From NCBI GenBank assembly GCA_001643675.2, contig LSRY02000028.1, positions 1-64,000 on the forward strand: 64,000 nt of DNA. The letters are read 5' to 3'. The translations under genes and the position numbers were made by a program. Shown one piece after another: positions 25,023 to 38,580 of the stretch. Position 1 is the first letter of the stretch. The number at the start of each line of letters is the position of its first letter. The notes under the pieces are model-generated. The model did no database searches. It worked only from the letters and a program-made list of their open reading frames with translations, and was not told the origin of the DNA. Source of the stretch: Monocercomonoides exilis PA203. Its lineage: Eukaryota > Protista > Preaxostyla.

Positions 25023-25870
25023 TCTTTTGCAAAATTCGTCCAACAACTAAAAATAAACATTTGGAATTATCTTTCATTCATATGATCTTTTCGAGGAACA
25101 TATAAGTTTTTTGATTTTACAACATGATGATGTTCAATTTGATATGCTTTTTGAACTTTGATTTTTAACCGAAAAATTGGTTTTAAAATGTCAATCACCA
25201 AAACATAAACAATTTAGAATTGAAATAGAAAATTTGACGTATCGTTTTACAAATATTTTTTTCTCTCTAAATTATCGGCATGAAAAGTTGCGTTTTATAT
25301 ACAAAAATAAAATTGGAGACTGAAAAGTGAAAACCCAATTTACTGAAAATAAGGAACACAGTTGCATTCGAACATTGACTTTTGAAACAATTGAGACAAA
25401 TTCATTATCAGAATAAAAATCTTCTTGATGAAAACAAAATACAATTCAAGAAACAATTTACAGACCAAAGGAAAATTTTCATTAATATTCACCCTTCTTT
25501 CAACATGAATTATCTATGAAAAAAAAAATATCGTTCTTTTCTTCTCGTTAAAAAATTTTTTGAGAAATACATTATAAATACTGTACAATGAAATCACTCA
25601 TCATTATGAATAGTGTTCTTTTGAAATATATATTATATAATGTTCTGTTGCGAGAAAATGCTTTTTTCGAATTAATGAATATGATTTGCGCTTGATTCAT
25701 TTTCTATTTCAATCTTCTATTTAATCTTTATTCATTTATGTTCAAATCATATTTTATTTCCAACTGACTTTTTTTCCCTTCACTATCAAACTTCGTTTAT
25801 ATTCGAGAGAAATGAGTAAAGAATCAAAAAATTTGTTGTAACCATTATAATTACATAATTATTCAAAAAC

Positions 25871-28800
25871 ATGTTTTTGGATGCGAAACTACCAACAGCT
25901 GCCGGAAGAACTGGTAGAGCTGCTTCGTCGAAGAAAAAAGAAAAAAAAGGAAAAGCAGGAGCAGTAACAAAAGAAGCAAAGCCAAAACCCAAGTGGAATG
26001 TTTGTATCAATTTTGTAAAACAATTTCAAAAAATTTTCAAATGACATTTTCATTTTTTCATAATTAAGTCTGATCTTCACGATATGTCAGTTTACAAACT
26101 AAGTGAAAGAGAATTGGTTTGAATGATACTATTTAAGCATTGATTTTTTTCACTAAAATTTTGGATTAGAAACGCAGACAAGAAATGTATTCGCCGAAGC
26201 CTAGACCAGGACTATTGGAACATGTATTACAACGTTCATCAAGTTTAGAACGCATTAAAACATCCAGCACTTTTGATTCATCCAAAGAGTTTAAGGATGT
26301 CAAACATTCATCTCCTGAAGTTGAATCAAGACAACTACACAGTTCACCTGCGAAAAGCAAACAGGATGGACCACCTATGTCAATGCCACCTTTTGTCACT
26401 TCGCCAGCAACGACTAATGAACAAGCTACATTATCATCTGATGAAAAGGTGAAACGAAAAAGTCAACATTTATCACCTTCAAATTCTTTGGCACGTCGTG
26501 CAACATCTGCACCACGTGTAGCTTCAAAGCAACATTCTGCACCATCACAACAAAAGGTTCAAAAACAAAGTGATATTAAAAAAGAGAAACAAAGCGATAC
26601 TTCTAAAGGTCACGGATCAAGAATTTCTTCGAATCGAGTAGTCAAAAAAAGAAAGTCCTTATCACCATCATCTGAATCCAGTTCAAATTCTGTTTCTGAT
26701 TCGTCTGAAGATTCGTCATATTCTTATTCTCAGGAGGAAAATGAGAAAGACAAGATTCGCTCAGAAAAGAAAGCATACAGAGAAGCAAAAAGCTCACAAA
26801 TTCAACCAAAAAAAGAGAGAAAAGAAGAAGTCATTAAAAGCAATAGATCCGAAAGTCGTCAAGGGCATTCATCATTGCAAAGGAAACGAGATAAAGAAAC
26901 ATCAGAACAACCATCCATTGCAGAACAGTTTCCTCAAGCTTCAGCTGATGGATCGACTGAGCCTAAATACTCCGAAGAAAATAAATTGAGGAAGAAGAAG
27001 AAGAAGAAGAAGCTTGCAACAAATTCAACTCCTTCGTCTGATATGCCATCTCAGCTTCCTTTTGCTCAGATTCCATCTACTGCCACATCACAAACATCTC
27101 CATTTCCATCTTCTGCATTCTCAAATCCTCCATCTTTTGGCTATCCTTCACAACAGACAATTCGCATTCCCCCTTCTCCCTTTGCAGGGCAGCTTCCCCC
27201 TCGTCCGTCTCCTCCAGTTAGCTTGGGAGCTATGCCGGCGACATCCCCAGGAAGTTCTTCTACCACCTCCACTCCACTTCCAACTTCCACATTTCCGTTC
27301 TCTCTTTTGCCTCCTCCTTCTCAGCCTTCAGCAACTCTGACATCAACTCCTGCGAGCATCCCACCAATGTTTCCATCTCAATCTCCTCAAAGCCTAGGCC
27401 GCGGAGTGCATGTACCTCAGCAATTCCCAGCGGCTCCGCAACTGTCGTCAACTGTTGCTTCTTCTTCTTCTCTGACTTCTTCTGTCGCATCTACCACATC
27501 ATCGGCCACACTCTCCACAAACAACACGCTGCACCAGCTGGTGGAAGCCAACATCCATCTCATCCGGCGCATTACAGCGTTGGATGAAACACTAGCGAAG
27601 GAGAGGAAGGAAAGAGAGTCGCAAAACGAGCAGCTGACAAACACTTTGTCTTTGTTTGCACGCGAAATAAACGAAATGAAGAGAGAAAATGAGAGAGAGA
27701 GGAAGGAAAACGAGAGGTTGAGCAGAGAATTGGAAGTGATTCAGCGGAATGACCGTGCAAATGATAGACTTCTGAAAGATTTGAGCAGCGTTCTCAGAGA
27801 ATTGGGAGAGAAAATGAGAAGGAACGAAGAGAAGTCCGAAAAAGAAAACCAGAGAAAAGAGGAGGAAGAAGCGAAACGGAGGCAAAGCGAAGAGATGAGA
27901 GCAAAATTGGAAGAGGAGCAGATTGAAAAACGGAAGAAGCAAGTTGAAGAAGAGCGTGCATATTTTGAAGAGAAGTTGCATGAATTTGAGGATATGTTTG
28001 AGAAAGAAAAGGAGCGACTGAGAAAACAAGAGTTTGAAAACCAGAAAAAGGAAATGGCAAGAGAGAAAAAGACAGCGGAAGAGCGACTGAAGGAAATAAA
28101 CGAGCGAATGGAAATTGAGCGAAAGTGGGACGAAGAGAAAGAAACGTGGAGAAGGAACGAGGAAAAAAGAGAGAAGGACTACAAGATGCTGATGGACCGT
28201 TGGATGGAAATTGAACAGTTTCATTTGTCTTCCACACTTTCTGCGCAGACTGCAACGCCAGTTCAACGCGATCGTCCTTTTGCTTATGAAACTGCTTCGA
28301 CATCAGCCTCATCAGCGAAGAGAAGTTCGCTCAAAGCACGTCCAACTGAATATTCTGCTTTGCCATCATCGTCGTCTTCTGAGCAGAATCTTGTTTCTTC
28401 TCCTTTTGCTTCTTCGTTTGTCTCGCAATCACCCTCATCAACACCAGTCACCTACCAACCATCCGACTCACTTCAAAATCCTTCTTTCTTGTCATCTTCA
28501 CAACACATTGACCATTCACCTGCTATTCGCACTGGCTACCCACAAGAAACAACCAAGCAAGCGCAAAGTACGAGCGTTTCTTCGCCTCAGAGCCAGCCCA
28601 TTCCACCAATTTCGGTTGTGTCATCAGCTTCATTCACTCCTTCATCCATGGGCCTTGGCCAATATTCTCCATCGACCGATGCATCGTCTACGAGTCAAAA
28701 GCAAGCGTCAGCTAACCCGCTATATGCTTCTGCTCCCGTTGGACAAAATTCGTTTTATGGTGCATCTTCCACATCACCGACGAATCCTCAATTTTCCGCA

Positions 28801-31215
28801 GATCGAATTGCAGAGCTGATGAAAAGCTTGTCGATGCCTTCGACTTCGTCGCCTCAGCAAAATCAGTCAAATTCTCCTGCTTCTCTTGCAAATGATAGAT
28901 CAGACGATTCAGCAACACAGCCAAATCTTTCATCAACATTGTCGTCTTCCATCATTTCCAATAACAATCTCAAGCAAAATGATTCCCAACGTGGTGAAAG
29001 CGATTTCAATGAAGTGAAGATGGACAATCCATTGCTGTTCAGTAAAAGTCGATTGAATTCTTCACTTGGTAGAAGTCCAAATAAATACAGCGTTAGCGAT
29101 GAAAAAAGAAGAGAAGAAGAAAAAGAAGATGCTGATGAAAACAAAGACGAAGACAGAGATGAAGATAACAGTGACGAAGGCGAATCTGAAGATGAAGAGC
29201 TTTCAGAAGAAGCAAGTGAGGAGGAATCAGAGGAATCAGAGGAAGAGGAAGAGGAAGAAGATGACGATGACGATGAAGACGAAGAAGAGGAAGTGTCTGA
29301 AGAAGAAGACGAAGGAGAACGAATATCGCAACTGGAGACAGACAGAGACGGAGAAGCGGACGATGACACACACAACGAAACTGCAAATAACAAACAAAAT
29401 GAACCAAATGAAACAAGTGCTCAATCAATGGCTCCTCTTTCTTCAACCCAGACGGAGAAGGCGAAAGAAAAAGAAGACAATCGCTTTGCTGATGACTCTT
29501 TTTCTTCATTCACACCGTCTTTCCGCCTTCAACAGCGCTTCCAGCCAACTGAAGAGGAGTCACAGAATCAAACATCTTCAACGATGACTGCTCCGTCTGA
29601 ACAGAATTCTCTTCCACATTCCGTGGAAAGCGACCCAACACCAAGAAACGTGACTTTTCAATTCTCAGCGATTCCAACGATTGGAGCAAAGTCTTCAAAC
29701 AACACCGAAGATTCTCAAAAGTACTCTCCTCATTCTTCTATTGCTCCAAGCGAGAGCCATCGCTTAACATCATCGTCTCCATCTTCTGCATCAACATCTT
29801 CTCCATCATCAGTTTCAGCTTATCGCACACAATCGCCGAAGTCTGAGATGAAAGTTGAACCATCATCAGGAATGAAACCAGATTCACAAGTAAATACTGA
29901 GACAGAAACTCCACCACATCCACTCGACAAGCCAGCATCACCACATTACGAAGAATATGCTGAACCAAAGTCCACTCAAGCATCTGCACCAGAAGGCTCA
30001 CAGCCAACACCATCGCACGCATTTCTGGCAACAGAAGAGTCTTCACTCACATTCTCACCAGAAGAAACGCCTCTTCCGCGACAGCCGCTGTTTTCTTCGC
30101 CTCTTTCGTCGACTCTCCAGTCAACATTTTCTGCCACTCAAACGCCATCGCCCTCAGCAAGCGACGCTTTGCCGCTTTCTTCATCTACCACATTTGTTCC
30201 TCCTGCTGCTGCATCGTCTGTTGCAACGCCTCCGCCTGCTGTATCCATCCGCAACCCGTTCTCTTGGCATGCGTCTCCGCCTTCCACAGTTCAGCCTCAG
30301 CTCTCAGAAAAGGATGATCTGCACAAATCATCTTTGCCCGAGACATCACCCACTTCTTCGGCTCTCACTTCAGATTCTATCTCTAAGGAGCCCCAAGTGG
30401 AAAAGGAAAGCACAAGTGCAAGAAGAGATTTTCAGCCAAAACGTAAGCAGCGTTTTGAAGATGAGACAAGTATGGACACAGAGAATCGAAGTGAATTGCC
30501 AGAAGACTCTGAACTGGAAAAACAAGCAGATGATAAAAAGTATAATGAAGAAAACAAAAATGACAAAGAATTTCAATCAGAACAAAGCATTTCTGTTGAT
30601 GCTGAGTCAGGGCATGATGATAATACTCATGCTTATCCTTATCAGCAAACAGCTTCTTTGCCTTCTGCATCGCGAATTTCGTCTATTCCATTCGCAACTT
30701 CTGTGCTACCAACAACTGGTTATTCATCTTTTGCCTCGGAACGTGTTGAAAGAAGCCAGCCTACAGACAATATGCCTGCAAGCAGTAACATAGGTTCATA
30801 TGAAACAAGCAGTTCACTTGAAGACGAAGAACAGAGGCAAAAAGATCTTGCGAGGAAAGAAGAAATTGAACGGTTGCTGCAACAATTGCGTGGAAGTGGA
30901 TGGATGAGTGATCAATCTGATGATAATGACGATGAGAAAGATGAGAAAGATGAAAGTGTAAGCAACAAAGAAAAAGGAATGGACAAACAGCAAAAGGCAG
31001 AGCAAGAAGAGGAAGACGATTACGATAGCGAAGAGGAAGATGATGACGAAGAATATGTGGGAGAAAGTGAAGAAGATGATGGAGAGGAAGAATCAGAATC
31101 GGAAGTTGGAGAAGGTGTCTCAGGTGAAGTTGAGGAAGCAGACGACGAAATGGACGACGAAGATAAATGGATAGATGATATTCCTGTGGATGGGAAAAGC
31201 TCATTTCAAGATTAA
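25871..31215 (+). CDS. SPICE1-like centriole/spindle coiled-coil protein (~1740 aa)
   Basis: Exons 25871-25999, 26069-26116 and 26170-31215 splice in frame to give KPKWNSDLHDMSVYKLSERELKRRQEMY, resembling the conserved SPICE1 N-terminal motif (EWD..V.DLTVHRATPEDLVRRHEIH as recalled). Central coiled coil with Ser/Pro and acidic tracts. Confidence 0.65.
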
Positions 31216-31479
31216 TACTTGGACATGCAATAAGAAAAATTACTTACTCTTTATCTACTTGTACTTTTTTATCTCAATTTTTTTGATATTCCGCGAAATT
31301 TTTTCATATCACGATTATTTTATTTTCGCACTACACATTATTGTTAAAAATATATATCATTAACTTTTGGTTTTTTATTCAAAAAAGAAGTTTGAAAACC
31401 ATGAAATATTCTTATGGTACATTTTTGATCTAACTTTTTTCGTTTTATTTATTTCTTCTTTTTTGGAAACTTATTTGAA

Positions 31480-33321
31480 ATGAAGCTTGTAAAATCTGGA
31501 GACTTTGTTATTGTTTATGAGGGTCCATCGAAAATGAATCTTATTCGAGTATCTGAAGGGAAATCTTTCAACAACAAATATGGTTTGTTTTTGCACGATA
31601 GTATCATTGGAAGTCCTTTTGGAAGCAAGGTTTGCATTGGACATAAATCAACAAATTTCTTGAAACAAAATATTCATTTGCTCTATCATGGTTAAACCCG
31701 TCCATTCAGCTGATGAATAAAGCAAAAAATGGATTTGTTTACATACTCAAACCAACTCCACCACTTATTGCTCAATGCCAACGCAGAAGAACCCAGGTTC
31801 TTTATCAAATGGATATTTCAATGGTAATTTTGAGATTGGATATAAAACCAGGAAGTGTTGTTGTTGAATCAGGTTTGCTCTAAATAATTTTAAACAGCAA
31901 ATTTACGTTATCACTGATGTTAAATTACAGGAACTGGAAGTGGAGTTTTGTCCACTGCTATAATTCAAGCCCTTGCACCAACTGGGCATTTGTACACATT
32001 TGAGTTTAACAAAGTGAGAGCAGACGCTGCGAAGGAAGAATTCGATGAGCGTGGCCTTGGAGAATTTGTAACAGTCACTCATAGAGATGTTGTAACATTT
32101 GGGCTTGGAAAGCCATTTTCTCCTTCGCAACAGTATCCACCATTGCAACCATCTCTCTCAACAACACCATCTGATGAAGTTTCACCTCCATGTTCTCCAT
32201 TTCCACCTATTAAAAAAGGCATTCTTCCTCCAACTTTCTCTCCTTTGCCTTCTCCAACAATAGAAATTCCTGCTTCAATGCTGCCATTTCTCGACACAAC
32301 ACGCACCAATTCTTTGGAATCATCAGTTTCATTTGGAACTGAGACATATTCATTGGTAAATGCATCTCAACAGTCTCAGGAGCCAGCCACTTCAATCACC
32401 CCACCACTTTTTCAATCAACACAAGAATCAAATGCTCCGAATAGTCCCATTTTGTCTCCACCTCCTCTTTCTTTTATATCTCCACATTCCCATCAGTCTA
32501 CAACTGTTCCTTTATGCATTACTTCTTCTGATGATTCCGCTTCCTCTGAGAAAAGCAATACACCACCTATGAATTCATCTTTATCTCCTCCTCCTCCTTC
32601 TTCTTCTTCCTCCACGTTCACTCTTCTCCCTCCTGCTTACCCATATGCTCATTCTGTATTTTTAGATCTACCAAATCCGTGGGAAGTGGTTTAGTTCTTT
32701 GTTATTTTATTGCAAATCAACGATTCTTTCTTTCTTTAATTGTCTTTTTTTAACATTTAGATCCCTTCTGCTCATTCTATTTTACTTTCTGGAGGTCTGA
32801 TATGTTGCTTCTCTCCGTGCGTTGAACAAGTGCACAGAAATTGTCTTCAACTAAAGAAAAGTGGATTTGAAGGTTTGAATATGAATTCTCTTTTTTGTTA
32901 GTTTTTATGAAATAATTTATACTCAACATTTTTATTTATTTATTTATTTATTTTTAAAATTAATAATTCAAATTCTTTTTCCGTTTTCTTAAACTCAGAC
33001 ATTGAAACAATTGAATGTCTTCTTCTTCCGTATGAAGTGCGCACGCGGCTCAAAGATTATGAATGCGGATGGTACAAACCACCTCCAGCTGCAAAAGAAG
33101 GCGCGGAGCAGCAAGACCAGTCAGCTGATGCAAAAGAAGACGAACTTCTGTCTCCAAAAAGGAAGCAAAAAGAAGATAGTTGTCAAACAAACTCCGCTTC
33201 TGCTTCTTCTTCTTCTTCTGCTTCTTCTACTTCTTCTAAAACATCTGCTTCTGCCATGCTTGCATTGTCAGGCCGCACTCACACTTCATTTCTCACTTTT
33301 GCCCGTAAAAAGATAGATTAA
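31480..33321 (+). CDS. TRM61: tRNA (adenine58-N1)-methyltransferase catalytic subunit
   Basis: Spliced motifs RTQVLYQMDIS, VVESG|TGSGVLS, HLYTFEF, SVFLDLPNPWE, CFSPCVEQV and HTSFLTFARK, with four short introns. Confidence 0.93.
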
Positions 33322-33494
33322 TCAATTGTATTCCTTTTGTAATAAATTTGAAGCAGTATAAATTCCTAAAGTTGAGTTTTGTTTTTGTTCCTTTTGTGCA
33401 ATATATCCCGAAAGTCATTGCGATGCTCCAAGAAATGCATTGTGTAGCAGATAAAGCATTCTTGAGTAAACTTTATGTAACTAACTTTTCCCAT

Positions 33495-34515
33495 TCACGA
33501 TCTTTTAGTCTCTTTTTCATTGCCTTCCTCTGATGGCTGCTTATCTTTTGATGTTTTAAAAGGAATTTTCAATTCTGTAAGTGAAGAGATAACCTTTGCA
33601 ATGAATTGGTCCTTTTCGTTGGCTGTCGGGAAGTGAATCATTGGTGGAAGGGTACGAAGAAATGTTGCGGGTGATGGCGGTGTTGGAGGAGCGTCATCAG
33701 AGGTGTATATAGAAGGTGCCGAAGAAAGAGATGTTGGCCCTTTTTTCTTTGGATTATACAGATAAAATCCATCAGCTAAAGCAGGTTGAGATCCATAACT
33801 TTCTTGATTCGCAATAGGACGCCCATAACTGCTTTGTAAAGAAGCATCTTTCCTCGCTTGAAGCATTGCCATTGATGGTTCTGGATTTTGAGTTGCCAAT
33901 TGCGAATGAGGCGGAGCCAACGAAGGTTGCAAAGATCCTGATTCGTCAAATGAAATCTGCCTAAACGGAAATGTAGCATTTTCCGATGGGGACAGCATTA
34001 TAAAGAGTTCTCGTGTTGTTGACATTGGCCATGTGCTTTCATAAAGAATTGCTTGTGGATTTTTTGTTGGTTGCATTTGTCTTATTTTTTCGATTGTGTC
34101 TTCATCAGGATTGTCAAGCCAATTTCCGATTGTGGATGGTCCCATCCATCCTATATCTCCTCGTTGTATAACCTTTTTAGAAAGAAAATATTCGAATAAT
34201 TTTTTACTGCCTTTTTGTTTAACAACAAAGAACATACAAGTGCAGTATCTTCGAGAATTGGCTCGTCTCCCATGACTGTAAAATCAACAAATGATCCAAG
34301 TGCAATCAAATTTGCTTGAAGTTTCATCAGATGCCTTTTATAAAATCAAAATATTTTGTTATATTGCGAAATCGCAGAAAAAACACTTCAAACGCATAAG
34401 CATGGTCAAATCTTGCTGCTTCTGTTGTTTCGCTGATGCAATTCAAAAGCAAATCGTTTTCTTGAAAAAGTTGCAAGATTTGCAAGGGAATAATATACTC
34501 ATCAGCTGTTGCCAT
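33495..34515 (-). CDS. Hypothetical protein (multi-exon)
   Basis: A 246-aa terminal ORF plus an upstream ATG exon at 34515 with plausible GTTTG/GTATG donors. No motif recognised, and the exon structure is uncertain. Confidence 0.55.
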
Positions 34516-34629
34516 TTTAATTATAAAATAAATATTTAGTGAAAAGAAATTATTATGGAAATATTTCGGTTTTTTATTATCATAAAAAAGTCATAAAGAT
34601 GAATAATAAAATACTTATCAATGTTATTT

Positions 34630-36097
34630 TTATTCATTGTTAAATCGTAAGCTTGCAAAAGCTTTCGCTATATCCGAATCAGTATTTATGAATTGTGGAT
34701 GAGAAGATGTATTGTTACCAAAGAATGATTGATTAAGTGGATTATAAGTTTTTCCAAATGGTGATGAATCTGTTCCATCAGAAGTGGTTTTATGAATTGA
34801 AGAGGCGAAAACGGAAGATTTTTTAGTCGAAGGCTGCTGGCCAGGGAACGGGAAACTTGATGGGAAAGCAGAAGATGACTGCTCCAAAGAAGAGGTTGGG
34901 GGAGGAGGTAAAGAAGAAGAAGAAGAAGAAGAAGAAGAAGGAAAAGAAGAAGAAGAAAGAGAAGATAATTTGGCGAAGGGATTTGATGAGTCAGAGGCAG
35001 GCGCTGATGAGAAGGGGCCACTTGCAGGCTGACTCAATGAGCTCAGAGAAGCAAATGGATTGGCTGAAGGAAGGGAAGAAGAAGAAGATGATGATGATGA
35101 AGTAGAAGAAGAAGGCATCGAACCAGAAGAAGCAGCAACTGATGATGATGATGATGCTGTTGATTCTTTCTTCTTTTCTTCTTCTTCTTCTTCTTTCTCT
35201 TCTGTTTTCTTTGCACTTGCTTCTTCTTTGCCAGATGGTATTTCAGCAGGCTTCGTTTCAGTCTGATTGAAAGGAGAAGAGGAAGAGGAAGAGGAAGAAG
35301 AAGTCGAAGAAGAAGACGAAAACGTAGAATAAGTAGAATAAGACAAAGAAGAAGAATCAGAAGAAGAATCAGAAGAAGAGGAAGAATCAGAAGGCAACGA
35401 TGAAGATGCTGTTGAGCTGCCATTTTCTCTGATTTGCTGGTTGATCGACTGAAACGCCATTGCCAGCTCAGAGCTTGGTGAAATGGACATGTTGGTTGTC
35501 TTTGTGGCTGTTGGGAACGACGAAGCAAATGACTTGCTCAGAAGAGAAAAGGGGTTGGAAGCAGAAGAGGAGGAGGAAGAAGAAGAAGAGGATGATGAAT
35601 CAGAAGAATCAGAAGAACTGGAAGAGCGCCCAATGCCTGAAGCAAACAGAGAAGATGATTTGGCTGCTGGCTTCTGCTCGGCAGCGGATGCAGATGAAGG
35701 GAATCGTGTTTGTGGCTGGCTACCGAAGAAAGTTGCGAAGATGTTTGAATTTCCTTCTGAACTTTGAGGCGAAGAAGAAGAAGAGGAGGAGGAGGAGGAG
35801 GAAGAAGAGGAAGAAGAGGAAGAAGAGGAAGAAGGAGGAGGAGGAAGATTTGAAGAAGAAGCAGTAGAAGAAGAAGAAGCATCCACTTTCTGAGGCTCTG
35901 AGTGTGTTGATAGAGTTGCCAGCGATGCAAATGGATTGTTTGAAGCGCCAGTCGATGCAATCTGTGATGAACTGGCAGATGGAACAGGAAGAAGAGAAGA
36001 TGCTGCTTTGTTGCTGTTGGACAAGGCGCCATCTGAATGTGATGATGAAGGATTGCTTGATGAAGAAGGGTTGGAAGAAGGGCTGGTAGAAGAAGAA

Positions 36098-36133
<36 letters not shown>

Positions 36134-38334
36134 GAAGACCAAGATGAATAATAAATTTGCTCGTTCTTCTGATTCCCATCGTTGTCATATTCTTCATCAT
36201 ATTCTCCATCACCGTAATATTCGTCGTCTTCTCCATAATATTCTCCGTCGTCTTCTGGATATTGCTCATACTCATCGTATCCTCCACCTTCTTCCTCGTT
36301 GCATGAATCGTAATCAGTTCTGGATTTCCCTTCTTTCTTGTCTTTTTTAGCTTCTTTTTCTTTTTCTTCTTTCTTTTCTTTCTTTGCCTTTTCTTTCCCT
36401 TCTCCTTCCTCTTCTCCTCCAATATTCTTCATCATCTTATTTCCTTCCACTTTATCTGTCTTGTTCTGCTGATTGTCTTGAGAAAACGCAACTTGTTTAT
36501 TCTCTTCTCCTTTCTGCACATTTGAAAATGGCATCTGGAACTGCTGGAAAATGTTGCTTTCTTCCTTCTTTTGTGCTGGCAACTGAGTATTTTGCAATGA
36601 ATTGCTCGAATTCTGCTTTTCTTTTTCTTTTTCTTTTTCTCTTTCTTTTTCTTCTTCCTCATTCTTCTTCATCTTCATCTTATTCTCTTCCTCTTTTTGA
36701 GCATCATTGGGTAAATGGAAGATATCAATAGGTTTGTAGTTTGTTGGAAAAGGAAGCGGAGCAATGGTTAAAGGTGCTGATGGAGAAGGAAATGAGGAAG
36801 GGAACGAAACGGGAGGAGGAGGAGGTAGAAGAGAAGAAGAAGATGATGAGAAAGGTGATGATGATGATGAAGGAGCGGTTGATGAGGGTGTTGAGTAAGA
36901 TGATGCAGAAGTAGTAGTAGAAGAAGAAGCCGATGTTGCTGTTGAAGTTGTTGAAGTATCTGGAATATCAGAAAATATCTTTAAAGGTGTGTAATTCTTC
37001 GGTGGCGCCAGCACAAAAGGAGACGCCGGCTTTTGTGCTGCTGCTTCTGAGCCAAACGGACTGCCAAATGATAAGTTCTTCGCCCAGTCTGGTGTCTCAG
37101 TTGAGAAAACATTCGACGAAATGAAGGCAATCTTTGGAACTTTATTTTCTTCGTCCTCTTCTTCGTCTTCGTCTTCGTCTTCACCTTCGCCTTCATCTTC
37201 TCCTTCGTCATAGCCATAATCATCTTCTTCGTTCCCAGCATCAATTTCTTCTTCTTCTTCTTCCTTCGCTGCTGTTATTTTTTCTTTTTCTATTTCTTCA
37301 TCTTTCTTAAAATTAATAAATTCAACCGCTTTTTTCTCTTCTATTTCATTCTTGTCTGTCGTCTTTGTATTTTTTTGATAAGCATTCGACGGGAAGAACC
37401 CATCATACTTCACGCCATTGTGACTTTCTGACTGCTGCCCATTTGATGACAATTGTAAGGATGATGTTTCCGGCAATGCATTTTCTTTCTTTGTGGAAGA
37501 TGTTGACAAAATATGTGAAAAAGACGGAACGTACTTAGGGAGTGAATCGGGAGTAGAAGCAGAAGGGAAAACGGGAATTTGCTGGCTTTCATGCTTCGAT
37601 GAATACCGTTCCACAATTTTGTTTCTGCTTATCTTCAACTGAAGATCGTCCCTTTGTCTTTTTCTTTCAGCAAAAGTATTACCATAATGATCCTCCTCAA
37701 TTTGGTTCAAATGACGTTTTTCTTCATTCAATGCTTCTATTTCCGCTTTTTTCCTCTTTAAAAATTCAGTTTCCTCGTTCTCAAGAGATAATTCCTCTTC
37801 GGTAAGTTGATCTTCCTGAGTTTTCAATTCATTTTCATTCATCATTTTTATTTTATTCAATGACTCCAAATTTTTCAAATGTTCCCTTTCTTGAAAAGAC
37901 AATTGTTCTGACAAAATTTTTGATTCATTAGAATAACTTTGTTCTGCTTCTTGTTGATCCATCCTAACTTGCGCTAATGAATTTTGATAAAACGAATGAT
38001 GATCTGCGACTCTTTGGCAAAGATTTTTCTCGTATAGTGAAATTTCTTCTTTTAGTTGAATTTCTTCTTTTTTCCATTTTTCTCGATCTTCAATCAGATG
38101 TCTGAATATTTGTGTAAATTGGTTCATTTCTAATTGTTCTTCTTGTTCTTGTTGTGTGGTTTCTTCTTGAACAGATGCATAAAGATCTCGAAGTAAAGAT
38201 TCTATCTGACATATTTCTTTTCGTAATAACTCCTCTTTTTTATATGCCGCAAGCGCCTCTGAAGCTTCTTTGTTCTCTTTTAATTCTTCTTTCAATTGAT
38301 CAATAGACACTTTAATATCTCTCTGACTTGTCAT
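34630..38334 (-). CDS. Coiled-coil plus Ser-rich disordered protein with four NPF motifs
   Basis: 1234-aa ORF with an N-terminal ~240-aa coiled coil; NNPFAS, SNPFSL, ANPFAS and SNPFAK lie in the tail. A small upstream exon (~38380-38442) is possible. Confidence 0.8.
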
Positions 38335-38580
38335 AATCTGTTAAGAAATATGAAAGGCTTTATAGGAAAAACATTTAAAAAGCAAATCACACATTTTGAA
38401 AGACAAAATTGAATAATTCCAATTTTGATCTTATTTCCCATCATTATATATAGAAATTTGTTTTGAAGCAATTATTTTTTATTATCTTTTTACGTTTTTT
38501 AATTGTCTTGTCTTTTATTGTAAAATTTGCAAAATAAGAAAAAAGACATAATTTGAAATATTTTGAAAAAATTAGGAGAA

